Of a stretch of 64,000 nt of DNA, positions 18,888 through 31,600 are shown piece after piece. Under the pieces are notes generated by a model that had not been told where the DNA came from, ran no database searches, and saw only the letters and a list, made by a program, of their open reading frames with translations. Made by a program: the position numbers and the translations under genes. The stretch is from Nemertoderma westbladi (taxonomy: Eukaryota > Animalia > Xenacoelomorpha). Where the stretch lies: positions 1 to 64,000 of the forward strand of contig JAUCBJ010008093.1 of assembly GCA_032718475.1 (NCBI GenBank), in the 5' to 3' direction. Within the stretch, counting starts at the first letter, position 1. Every line of letters begins with the position of its first letter.

Positions 18888-21800
18888 CGTTTCGATTGTG
18901 AATACAACAACCCATGGTGTGCTTGATATAATAAACGAAGCAGCAGCTCCAACCAATTGTATAATCATCTTCCTGTTCCGAGCAAGCGATCTGTCACGTG
19001 ATGTTGATTTTGTTTCACTTTTGATAATTACATGAACTGTGGCAGGATTGTATGGGTTGTTAGGAATTTCCTGAATATTTGATTCTACTAACCCACTTTT
19101 ATCTTGGACGGTGATTTTACTCTCATCAGTTATTGTTTGATTACTTGACTGGTCAGCGATTGGTCTATCCTGTACTACATTATTAACAGATTCATCAGTG
19201 TTTGGATTGATATTGAGTTGAGGAGTAATAGACTCAGCTGTGATTGGTCTATTCTGTACTACGTTATTAACGCATTCATCAGTGATTGGATTGAAATTGG
19301 TTTTCGGAGTAATAGACTCAGCTATGATTGGTCTATCCTGTACTACATTATTAACAGATTCATCAGTGATTGGATTGACATTGATTTTAGAAGTAATAGA
19401 CTCAGCTGTGATTGGTCTATTCTGTACTACGTTATTAACGCATTCATCAGTGTTTGGATTGACATTGATTTTAGGAGTAATAGACTCAGCTGTGATTGGT
19501 CTATTCTGTACTACGTTATTAACGCATTCATCAGTGATTGGATTGAAATTGGTTTTCGGAGTAATAGACTCAGCTATGATTGGTCTATCCTGTACTACAT
19601 TATTAACAGATTCATCAGTGATTGGATTGACATTGATTTTAGAAGTAATAGACTCAGCTGTGATTGGTCTATCCTGTACTACGTTATTAACGCATTCATC
19701 AGTGATTGGATTGAAATTGGTTTTCGGAGTAATAGACTCAGCTGTGATTGGTCTATCCTGTACTACATTATTAACAGATTCATCAGAGACGGGATTGACA
19801 TTGATTTTAGGAATAATTGACTCAGCTGTGATTGGTCTATCCTGAACTACGTTATTAACGCATTCATCAGTGATTGGATTGAAATTGGTTTTCGGAGTAA
19901 TAGACTCAGCTATGATTGGTCTATCCTGTACTACATTATTAACAGATTCATCAGAGACGGGATTGACATTGATTTTAGGAGTAATAGTCTCAGCTGTGAT
20001 TGGTCTATCCTGTACTACGTTATTAACGCATTCATCAGTGTTTGGATTGACATTGATTTTAGGAGTAATAGACTCAGCTGTGATTGGTCTATCCTGTACT
20101 ACGTTATTAACGCATTCATCAGTGATTGGATTGAAATTGGTTTTCGGAGTAATAGACTCAGCTATGATTGGTCTATCCTGTACTACATTATTAACAGATT
20201 CAGCAGTGATTGGATTGACATTGATTTTAGGAATAATTGACTCAGCTTTGATTGGTCTATCCTGTACTACGTTATTAACGCATTCATCAGTGATTGGATT
20301 GAAATTGGTTTTCGGAGTAATAGACTCAGCTATGATTGGTCTATCCTGTACTACATTATTAACAGATTCATCAGAGACGGGATTGACATTGATTTTAGGA
20401 GTAATAGTCTCAGCTGTGATTGGTCTATCCTGTACTACGTTATTAACGCATTCATCAGTGATTGGATTGAAATTGGTTTTCGGAGTAATAGACTCAGCTA
20501 TGATTGGTCTATCCTGTACTACATTATTAACAGATTCATCAGTGATGGAATTTATATTGATTTTTGGAGTAATAGACTCAGCTGTGATTGGTCTATCCTG
20601 GACTACATTATTAACAGATTCAGCAGTGATGGGATTGACATTGAGTTGAGGAGTAATAGACTCAGCTATGATTGGTCTATCCTGGACTACATTATTAACA
20701 GATTCATCAGTGATGGGATTTTCATTGATTTTAGGAGTAACAGACTCAGCTGTGATTGGTCTATCCTGTATTTCATTATTAACAGATTCAGCAGTGATTG
20801 GATTGACATTGATTTTAGGAATAATTGACTCAGCTTTGATTGGTCTATCCTGTACTACGTTATTAACGCATTCATCAGTGATTGGATTGAAATTGGTTTT
20901 CGGAGTAATAGACTCAGCTATGATTGGTCTATCCTGTACTACATTATTAACAGATTCATCAGAGACGGGATTGACATTGATTTTAGGAGTAATAGTCTCA
21001 GCTGTGATTGGTCGATCCTGTACTACGTTATTAACGCATTCATCAGTGATTGGATTGAAATTGGTTTTCGGAGTAATAGACTCAGCTATGATTGGTCTAT
21101 CCTGTACTACATTATTAACAGATTCATCAGTGATGGAATTTATATTGATTTTTGGAGTAATAGACTCAGCTGTGATTGGTCTATCCTGGACTACATTATT
21201 AACAGATTCAGCAGTGATGGGATTGACATTGAGTTGAGGAGTAATAGACTCAGCTATGATTGGTCTATCCTGGACTACATTATTAACAGATTCATCAGTG
21301 ATGGGATTGACATTGAGTTGAGGAGTAATAGACTCAGCTGTGATTGGTTTATCCTGTACTACATTATTAACAGATTCATCAGTGATTGGATTGACATTGA
21401 GTTGAGGAGTAATAGACTCAGCTGTGATTGGTCTATCCTGTACTACATTATTAACAGATTCATCAGTGACGGGATTGACATTGATTTTAGGAGTAATCGA
21501 CTCAGCTGTGATTGGTATATCTTGGAATACATTATTAACTGATTTATCAGTCATTTGCCACTTGACCTTAAGGTTTGTGGGTTTAACTGACTCAACAGTT
21601 ATTGGTCTATTGTGGATCGCTTGTTTAACGAACCCTCTAGTAATTGGTTTATTCTGCATTGGTTCATTAACTATCCCTTCAGTTATTGGTCTTCTTTTGT
21701 TTGAAGAAGAAAACTTAACGATTTCCCAGAAGGTTATTCCTTTGTGTTTTGCTTGGTTTCTAAGCCATATAAGCAGATCAATGGTTACGAGCATTACAAA

Positions 21801-22397
21801 TACAATTGAGATATGATATGTGAGTACAATGGCAATACGTAGAAATGTTTTGTTGAAAAATTTATCTATGTCACATTCTGTACTGTAAACATCAGATGTT
21901 GTTGTTGTAATATATGTGAAAAGTATAGGAGCCATATATATTGAACAGCTTAGAATCCATGGGAGGCCTACTAGAATGGTAATGTAATAGCGCGATCGTT
22001 TCATATAGAATATAGGGAAGTGGACTGCAACAAATCTATCAAAAGCGATGGCGTCAACAGTTAAACTGGTGGAACTGCTTAAGGTCCAATCCGTTATGCT
22101 GTACAAAATGCAGAAGCCATGTCCATGCGGTAGACTATTCAACATCACATTCTGTAGAAATGATGGAGCCATTCCAAATATTGTATTTATCATATCAGAC
22201 ACAATGAGAGAAATTATTAAGTAGTTATTCTTTGTGCGAAGAGATTTATCCAACATATATGTGATTAAAGCGGCGAGATTTATTAATATCGTTGCTAAGG
22301 TTACAACCCCATAGAAGCTGCCGACAACTATCCAGTTTTGCAAAGTTAATTGGAATGGTCCATATAAGGCGATTTCTCCAGATAGATTCTTATTCAT
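18888..22397 (-). CDS. Class A (rhodopsin-like, aminergic-type) GPCR exon 1: TM1-TM6 with a giant repetitive ICL3; spliced product ~1223 aa
   Basis: TM1 ILINL, TM2 SLIVSD, TM3 Cys and Asp (FCILYSITDW), DRF motif, TM4 PW, ECL2 Cys, TM6 FIISSTPW. Phase-0 donor ACG|GTAAAC at 18887. Confidence 0.88.
19150..21700 (-). repeat. Coding 84-bp (28-aa) tandem repeat, roughly 28-30 units, in the GPCR ICL3
   Basis: Unit approximately RPITAESITPKINVNPITDESVNNVVQD (two related 14-aa halves). A 588-bp higher-order duplication is visible (ATGGAATTTATATTG at 20545 and 21133). No stops in the coding frame. Confidence 0.92.
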
Positions 22398-23343
22398 TTT
22401 ATTGAAATTTAGGTCAATGCAATTAATTATAAGTTAAAAAGTAGCATTTGCGTTACTAACTAAGAAATTGCCCACATCCTCAATAATAACGGCGTAAATA
22501 AATGGAAAATTAATGGAATAAAATATAATAAAATTCTGCAATGTAGCAGTACTTAAAATCGGAAGATATCAGGTACTTCCGTATTTGCACATGTACCGGA
22601 TTTAAGATCGTAGATTACAGGATATGGGCCGAGTAACTCAAAAAATCTTGAGATTGACCTTGAAATCAACTTCAAGTTAACCTTGAAACTCAAGTTTCAC
22701 CTTGACTACGATATTCTTGAGATTAAGTCAAGCGGGTAATCTAAAGCAATACTTAGTTAAGGTGAAACTTGAAATTTCAAGGCTCACCTTGAGAATTAAA
22801 GATGGGCGACATAATTTATTTATTTCAGCAGTTGCCTTGGTTATGCTAGCAGTGAAACCCACTGCAACACTTTGGCAATGGTAATTTCGATAACACCACG
22901 GACCTTCTAAACAGTTTTTTAGAAGACTGTAGTTAGTTAGTTTACAGACTACAGTAGTATTTCGAAGGCATGAAAAATCGATCACAATAATTATCCAATA
23001 AATACCTATTTAGACTTAAATACCAGTTGCTATGGTAACTTTAAGTAAAACTTATACCGCCGCGCGCGCGCAAAGGAATGACAAAAAGGTAATAATTTAT
23101 TGATCAAGATATTGAATTTCCAACAAAGAATAAAGCGAACTTTTTTTTATCGGAAATAAAGGAGAAAAGTGTATATTTTACATCTTAGCGGCTGGTTGCT
23201 ATGGTATCTAGGTGACGTTAAAATCTTCACAGAAGAATGGCAACTAACCATACTGTACTACTGTATGAAAACTTGATTCAAGTTCTAACTAAATATATCG
23301 TCAGTTATAAAATGTAAAATATACGTTTATATTTAAATAATAT

Positions 23344-23922
23344 TGTGACGGGATCCGAGAATCTCGACCGGTTGTTTATTTACGCATCCTCGCCGTGTGT
23401 GAAAAGTGTTTGTTGTTAGATTGAGAGTTCCGATGTTGTTGGCAGATATGTATAAATATAATAATAGATGAATAATATAAACACAGTTAATAGGTTGTAG
23501 GATTAAGTTAACCGGTAGAATAATATATATGAGATGGTGGTGGCGACGACGGTAATAAAGTCACCATTCTGCCCTAACTGTACTGACTGAGATAACTGAA
23601 TAATATGAGAACACCAACTGGTTATATTGCACTGTTGGCCTTGCTACCCAGATGATGCCTCCCCTGTTCCCCCATTGGCTGATAACCTAATTCTCACCTT
23701 TGCTACTGCGGGAGTGTTTCCCCCCCGCTGCTGTTACTTTCCTTCTCCCCGGAGGCGTAACCTCTGACCCCCATTGTGTGCGGCCCTTTGGGGTTTGTCG
23801 TCCCCGTTTATTGGGGGTGATACGAGGTTGATTGGCAATCAACCTCGTACTCCCCAATATTGCTTAAAGGCGCCCTTTCCAACTTTATCGGGGTTGGTGA
23901 GGCGGAATTGAATCCGCTCACA
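23344..23922 (-). mobile_element. 3' LTR of element X (579 bp)
   Basis: On the minus strand, PPT GGGGGGGGAG (23923-23932) is followed by TGTGAGCGGATTC...GGATCCCGTCACA inverted termini. AATAAA lies near the 3' end. Confidence 0.8.
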
Positions 23923-24480
23923 CTCCCCCCCCATGCTATCTTCCCGGTGAGAATATAGCATCAACCTCTAAGTGCGCTTCAATTCTGCTGGAAACTCGAT
24001 CTACTATCGGGTGTGGGGTGGAGTTATTTTTTTTCTTTGGAGCCGGCTTTCCAGGCCGCTCCCTATGGGTATGATAACGCTACCCAGTCTTGGTGCAACT
24101 TCCTATCTTGCACCAAGACATCTGACGTCTCGTGTCGAGCCAATTGTGGACTCTCACACAATTTTAAAAGCTCTCACTCTGCTCTAAACTTTCACTCTAA
24201 CTCCGCTCTTACTCTCTCCCCACTCTTACTCTCTCCCCACACCTGAATCGCACTGTAACTTCTCTCTCGCCAACAGCTCCTCTCACTATCTCTGTGCTCC
24301 TGTACTTGTGCTATCATACTATCTACCTTATCTAAATCTAACTTACTACTTACTCTCTCATCTAAATCTTACTTACTACTTACTACTTACTCTACTAACT
24401 CTAACTCTACTGACTCTAACTCCAACTCTATTAGCTTTCTAACTAGAACTCTCTGCTAAATCTACTCCGCTTACTACTTT

Positions 24481-24650
24481 CTACGTGGCGCTTTCGGTGC
24501 CCACAACCACCCTCTACTACTACCTCCATCTACGTGGCGCTTGCGGTGCCCACAACCACTCTCTGCTACTACCTCCATCTACGTGGCGCTTCCGGTGCCC
24601 ACAACCTCTCTACTACTACTTTCTACGTGGCGCTTCCGGTGCCCACAACC
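24481..24650. repeat. Tandem ~45-bp repeat (CTACGTGGCGCTTCCGGTGCCCACAACC core) x4
   Basis: Four copies visible in the 3' UTR of element X. Confidence 0.85.
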
Positions 24651-25026
24651 CTTCTGCTACTCGTGGCATGTTAATATACCAAACTCCCTTACCCACCGAC
24701 TTCTAACCTAACCCGGTACTACGTACCCTCTACTCCCGTGGTATGTTTATACCACACTCCCTATACCCGCCGACTTCTAACCTAACGGTACTAGCTTCTA
24801 ACTAACTTTCTGATTACTTACTAAATTTCTACTTACTATCTTCTACTAACTACTATCTAACAATCTGACTACTAACTTCTTACTATCTTCTACTAACTAT
24901 TACTTTCTACCTTCTACTTATTTATTATTTAATTATTTATTTTAATTAAATAATTATTTGTGCGTGGGAAGGGCGTCTCACCCTCATTCCCACCCCCCTC
25001 AGTCCAACATATTGGACGACTAAACT

Positions 25027-26617
25027 CTAAAGGTGCCCCTCGATCTTCCATCGATTCTTCCATGAGGCACTGTCCCGCTGCCCCCCTGTAACTCCTCTTA
25101 TCTTTCGACCCACTTTCCTCGCCAATTCCAACTCACCAGGAATTGGTTCTCCCTCTTCCGCCACCCTAAAATCGGGTCTCTCCGCCGCCTTCTTAACTTC
25201 CTCGTCTCTTGGCATCAAAATGCCACCTCCCACCTTGTTGACTCCCGGCGGCAGAATGAGAAGAAAGTGAAAGAACAGACAAAACAGAACGTACAATAGT
25301 AGTCCTATCCCTTTCGATCCTGTCTTCTTACTCGACCTCCCCCTTGTCGGTATGCCTCTCAACCGGACCGGCGTCTCTTCCAGACACTCCTCTGGACACT
25401 CCTCCGGACACTCCTCCGGACACTCCTTCGGACAGTCCTCCGGACATCTCGCCATCCGCTCCTCTCCATCCCCATACCGATACTTGCTGGGAAATCCATT
25501 CTCCTCCGCCCACTCTCTTACTTTTACTTCCCCGTCTGGTTTATCTGCTGTGTCCTGTTTCTCCTCTTCGTCCTCAACGTCTTCGGTGCCTGGTAACATG
25601 CACCCTGATGTCTCCATCACCCTGGATGGAATCTTGGTTTTAACTGGGCCGCTAAGCGTCCATCCGAACGGCGTGAGGATTGCCGTCAGATCCCGCTGTC
25701 TGTCTTCGCCGAAGACCGTCTTAATTCTCTCGTGGGCCGCCGGGCAGTCCATTCCTACTATAATGGATACCTTCCTAACGTCCACCTCTAGGATTGAGAA
25801 ATCGATACCGTCCAGGAATCTATATCGTTCGACCTCAATGTTGGTTGGTCGCCTGGCGTTGATATTTATCGATTCTATCACGTGGATGGGGTCGATCGTC
25901 GCCCCATAATCGCATCCCGGTGCAATCGCTGATATCTTACACCGCCCCGTCCTCATCTCCAGGACCTCATCCTTACTTGAGACGGTAGTTACCGCCATTC
26001 TATTCGGCCTCGTCTTTAGCCCTATCTCTTCGGCCACCCAGTTCTCCACCAGCGTGAAGGCTGCTCCGCTGTCGACCAGCATTAATGTCGTTACTGATCG
26101 ACCGCCCTCTCCTGATATCTTCACTGGTACCACCCCGAGTAGTACTTTTCTCTTCTTTCTTGCCATTGTCGTGCTTGTAGCCATTGTTTGGCCCCCAGTC
26201 TCGGACTCTCTAACTGCTGTTTCTCTACACTCTCTGGATCTGTGTCCTTCTACCACACACCGATGACATAGTCCGTTTGCGTCTGTGTAGGCTACACGAT
26301 CTTGTTTGGGCAACGCTTGCCAGTGCTTACAACTCATGGTCTTATGGGTTCCGTCCCGATGTAATTGACATTCGAATCCTGGATTATAGCGTTCCCTGTA
26401 TAGTCCTTCACGTATCGCGCGTAGGTTTATATCTACCAATTTAGTGTTTTGGTTATCTGTACTTGGCCTACTGGGTGTATTGGGATTATGTTTCTTTGTG
26501 TTGTTATTTTCTTTCTGTCCCTGCCACGGTGTGGCCCTGCTCCCAGCTAACTGTGGGCTTGTAGCCCCCTGTGTGGCCGCGTGTGATAGCGACTGTCTTA
26601 CTCTCGGGAATGGATCT
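25027..26617 (-). CDS. Truncated BEL/Pao gag C-terminus plus aspartic protease, with a CPEE repeat and hydrophobic tail
   Basis: CQLHRDGTHKTMSC and CHRCVVEGHRSREC knuckles, LVDSGAAFT protease motif, IIVGMD..TPFGWTLSGP, then CPEDCPKECPEECPEEC and GIGLLLYVLFCLFFHFLLILPP. Confidence 0.8.
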
Positions 26618-27803
26618 TGTAAAAGCTTTTGCGGAATTAGCTGGTTATTTTTCCCGCAAAGTACTCTGTAGGTGTTTTAACGGACATCAAAAGCCGTTTC
26701 CTTACTGTACCGGTGTTTTAGTGGACATAAAAAGCCATTTCTTCTGTATGTGTAATTTAGCGGACATAACTAGCAATTCTATGTCGCAATACGCTAAAAT
26801 CCTCTTGAAGCAGTGTAGTTACTATGACGACAGCTAACAGCTGATCTGTACACGTGGAGCTTTTTCTTTGTTCTCTGTCGTTTCTTTGTTCGGTCGACCA
26901 ATCAGAGCGTTTTTTGACTCTGTGTTGGAGGTTGTATACAGAAACTCATGAATTAAGTCAGTATGTGTATTTTGTCCACAGCCAGAAGACCGGCTTTGGA
27001 ACCTCTGTGTTTTCAGGCTTTAGCCAAACATTAGTAGGCTTAATCATAGAAACGTATATCTGTTATCAATTCTTAACAAATCAATCATAACATAACTCAC
27101 CTAATCATATTGTCAACTACAAACACCGCATTTTTACTGCTATTTACTGTCGGTCATTAATTATATCGGTTGATGGAATATTATTATATTTGGATAATAT
27201 CGATCAATAATCAGAAACCCCAATCTTCTTGATATACTGAAGGTTAGAGAGACCGGTTACATATAACAATTGCGACTTACATTAAAGTGGTTTTGGAGTG
27301 AATCTAATGCTATTTCATAGGCACTACATGAGTCGGTTGTTGTTCTCTTTATATGTGACTAAAATTAGTGAAAGTCGGCAGATCGGTGTGCAGCATTGTG
27401 CAGTAGTGTGTATGATTGTGACTGATAACAAAGCATCTCCTAAGGAATGCGCTATATACGTGAATCCATAGCCATCCCGTTGTGTCTAGTTTAAGTCATA
27501 ACTCTGTTTACATATTTAGAGCGCCACGTCCTAAAGGAACTGTTAATATTTCCAAAAAGTGAATAATATTTGTCAGAAATTATATATTACGATCAGTCGA
27601 ATAATACAGTAGGCCTACACCGCAATAAGGTTAGGCTTCCGAATCCAGTCTCCCGGGTATATCCAGCGGGTGAATGGTCGCGCATAGACTGGCTTCGGCT
27701 AATGTAGTGTATCAAATACTCGTCATAGGCTAAAGTCGATTTATAATCTAGAAGACATCCAAATTTGGCAGGTTAAACTGCTAAAGGTCTGAAAGCGCGA
27801 ACA
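26618..27803 (+). mobile_element. 5' LTR of element 2 (copy B, 1186 bp)
   Basis: Starts TGTAAAAGCTTT and ends AAAGCGCGAACA. Homologous end to end to 42519-43782 (-). Confidence 0.85.
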
Positions 27804-28082
27804 ATAACATATATTGCTTCTTTATTGCAACGTAGGCAATAAAGCTGAAGTACCGGTCAACCGGTACCCCATAGGCCTAACTACCTAACCACCCGAACCG
27901 GTACTTACAGCAGTACAGGTACAGCAGTATTATTTCGATTGTGATATTGTATACCGGTAGGCTGTTTAAGAGATTAGGGACTGTACACCCCTTGTTTCTT
28001 TTGGAGCTTACTTATTTCTGTCAGTTTTATTTACTTGTAGGTTAATATTGAGCAGAAGACGTGTAAGCCTGCCCAGATTGTA

Positions 28083-28663
28083 CAGATAATTTGTAGGCTG
28101 GACTGTTGTCTGACTGTTGTTGAGTCTGAGGAGATTGTAGTGTGTGTAGAGCGTATGTCCGAAAAAGTACTAGTTAGGAAAGTAGGGGCTTCCAGTGCTG
28201 TGAGGTAAACCCCCTCGAAAGAATAAGTCGTACTACTCGGTTAGAACGCATACTAACTAACCATTTCGGAGTCTGCATATACTGTAGTTTGTTTAGGCTT
28301 GATAGTAGTCTGCCAGCGTTTTGTCTGTATTTTGTATGTGTAGTCTGTACGGGTAGCGTAATATTTCTTATTCAGATAATTTGTAGGCTGGATTGTTGTC
28401 TGGCTGTTGTTAGGTCTGAAGAGATTGCGGTGTGTGTAGAGTGTATGTCCGATAAAGTACTAGTTAGGAAAGTAGGGGCTTCCAGTGCTGTGAGGTAAAC
28501 CCCCTCGAAAGAATAAGTGTACTACTCGGTTAGAACGCATACTAACTAACCATTTCGGAGTCTGCATATACTGTAGTTTGTTTAGGCTTGATAGTAGTCT
28601 ACCAGCGTTTGGTCTGTATTTTGTTTGAGTAGACTGTACGCGTAGCGCAATATTTATTATTCA
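28083..28663 (+). repeat. Tandem duplication of ~290 bp in the 5' UTR of element 2
   Basis: CAGATAATTTGTAGGCTGGA starts at 28083 and 28373, with near-identical continuation. Confidence 0.85.
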
Positions 28664-31600
28664 GAGTTTATGCGATTATTCGCAACATTCACAACCCCAA
28701 GTTTATTCCTACAGTAATTGTGCTTGTTATACATACCGTTATAGTTAAATTAACCCCGGTACTACATCAGGGCTGCTTGGCGTAGGTAAAGACTGGTGAT
28801 TTTGTGCCCCGGTCACTCCAGCAGATACCGTGGTTCCTTTAGCTGTACAAGTATTTCTAACTACTGATTATTTGTTGTATAAGTACTTGTACCTAATTTA
28901 GGGTTTAGTGTACAATACTTTCCGAAGGTAATTAGTGTGTAGGCAGTATATTTGTGTTGTAAAGTGGTTAATAGGCACATTGGTTCTGGTAGACCGCGGT
29001 AATTAACTTCTAGGTAGGAACACTCCGTGATACATAACGTAGTACTTATAGCGATACGGCTATAAGTCGTCAGACGGTGGTATTTTTCCTATCTGGACAA
29101 CGCAGTATATTTACTACTACTTGTTATTTTCACAATACCGTAGTATCCTGTCCGTTGTAATAACCAGATATTCTAACCCTTTGTTAGGCTGGTTTGTAGA
29201 CTTCTTGTAAAATTACCCTAAAAAATTCGTACGTGTAATTTTTGTGTTTATTTAGAGATTGTAATCTCACCCCGAATTGTACGTAATTTGTAGTAATAAG
29301 TAACTTAGGTAAATTAGAATTATTTGTTTTAGTGTCCAACAAGTAGCACTTCACTCAGAGCGTACAGCTTCTGTGTAGTGACTCTTTCCCAGAAATAATA
29401 ACATTTATTTCAAATATTGACAAAAACCCATTAAAACGGGTATATATATTATAAATCAACTCAAACCGATTTATATAATAGTAGGCCTGTCTTACAACAA
29501 TTAGGTCTTAATGTCAGTTGGACTACTGCTTAAATAACGGTAATCAAGTAAAGTAAAGTAACCAAGTAACCCCTAAAATTCAGAAATTAAATTATTCTAA
29601 AATAATTGACATACCAGTATTTACAATAGGCTTATTATATTTATTTCTATAAATTTAGGCTGAAATTATACCGGTATTCTGTAATTAATTCTAGTCTGTA
29701 ATTATACTTATATATATACTATAAGTTTAAGCTATATACCGGTATTCTGTAATTAATTCTAGTCCATAATTATACTTATATATACTATAAGTGTAAGCTG
29801 TATACCGGTATTCACGATAGGCTTATTATATATTGCTATATATTTGCGCTGAAATTACATACCGGTATTCTGTGACAAACCTAGTCTGTAATAATACTTA
29901 TATATATACTATAAGTGTATACCGGTACTCTAATATATTATATATATATCACGTTACACTGAGTAACAATATCGGTAATTAATTACTAGGCTAACAGTTG
30001 ATACTGAATTACTAGACTTGCTTTAACTGTAATACAGCAGTAGGCATCCAACTGTACAAACAAACATGTCTGACACAAAACAAACACTGTCAGATAGTCT
30101 CTTAGAAAGTGTTAGAATGAGTATTAGACTTAGACAGCGTATTAAAAGGATCTGTGACCAAGATCAAAGTATAGAACATCCCAGACCAAAGTCTAAGTCC
30201 CCTCCTACTGTGCGAAAGATCATCCCTCCAGTAGTAGTATCAGACCCTAGGCTAGTCCAACACCGTAGGTCTATCATAGGCACTCGGGCTCAAGTCAAGC
30301 GGGACCAAGAAGCAGCTGTTCAACAGCAGCAACACTCGAGCCAAGAACTTAGTTTCCAGCGGCCCGACAGCTCCAGTAGTGCTGATACTGTAGAGCTGAC
30401 ACCCAAGCGCGGAGCAAAGATGGCAGATGCGGTTTATTCGGATCCCCTTCTCATCCTTCCTGCAGCCGTACTCACTAGGGTATTGATTGCGGTGGAGGAA
30501 CACCAAATTGATTGGGCGAGAAGTAAGCGATCGACCAAGGATAGTTATGCGGGATACACAAGGGAAGAACTGAAGTCTATTGTCAAGTCGCAATGGAACT
30601 TCCCCGGACCCGGACTCCCGTTTGACTTATCGGAAGCTGCCTGGGAAGACATACACAGGATGGGAGTGACAAAAGAAACATGCGATCCAGCTGTGTGGAA
30701 GAGGTCAGCAGCAGGATACGTACAGGGATTCTTCAGCTCTATGGAGCGATTAGAAGAACAACTGTTTCGACAACCCCAAGGACCTCAAGAGCAGGGAGAG
30801 CTGCTTTATCAAGTTCGAGAAAGAACTCTACGAATCAGACTAATCCTATCGGCCTTTGAGGAAGCTTCGAAAAGAACTCAAGACACGTCGTTGCAAGTGG
30901 CCGTCAAGACTTGGTTCCAACGGGTGAGTCTCAAGGTTCAAGAAACGACCCAGAGGAAATCTCAGCCGGCTGAGCGCTCAACCCATGGAGAATCAACAGA
31001 CGCTACCTTTTCCCAAGTGGAAAGTGAAGTGACAGCAGAAAAACCGCATAAGAGGGATGCTATTGACATCTATCTGTCAGACTATCAACGATTTGTAGGT
31101 GACGAAGAGTTGAGGAGACGGCTGTCTGGACTTCGCCCTAATAGTGAAGGAGCCAAGCTTGTGTTGGACGCAATCGATGCGGATATGATAGCTGCGAACC
31201 AAGCTAAATTTGATGAAAGCAGCCGCATCACTAGGGTCCAAGAAGAACAAGTAAAGAAATGTATAGAAGACGTATAGAAGACAGAAAGACAGCAGCAGCG
31301 GCAATGGCAGCGGCAGAAGCGGAAAGAAAGGCGGCAGTGGCAGCGGCAGCGGCAGAAGCGGAAAGAAAGATCGCAGTGGCAGAAGCAGAACGGAGGGCAT
31401 CTGAAGAGATCGCCCAACTAGAGTTGGAAAATATTCAAGAGAATCAAGACTGCATAAATAAACAGTTAACAGCTAGTCAAATGCAGATGATGAGTCGATC
31501 TACTCCCACAAGACAGGGATATACATCATCTGAGGAAGGCGATACCACCGATCCTGAAGGTGGAGGAAATCGATCTCGTCTCAGCAGACGTAGAAGAATG

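Larger units (their letters stand above)
23344..26617 (-). mobile_element. Element X: non-autonomous BEL/Pao derivative (gag-protease only), interrupted at 26617 by element 2
   Basis: A gag/PR ORF runs into a 1.1-kb 3' UTR, then PPT and LTR, with no RT/RH/IN. The reading frame stays open up to the LTR B junction. Confidence 0.75.

Noticed and set aside
19218-21816. Plus-strand ORFs over the GPCR repeat
   Set aside because: Antisense shadows of a stop-poor tandem repeat.
31259-31277. Programmed frameshift in element 2 gag
   Set aside because: No slippery heptamer, and the element has many other disabling mutations.
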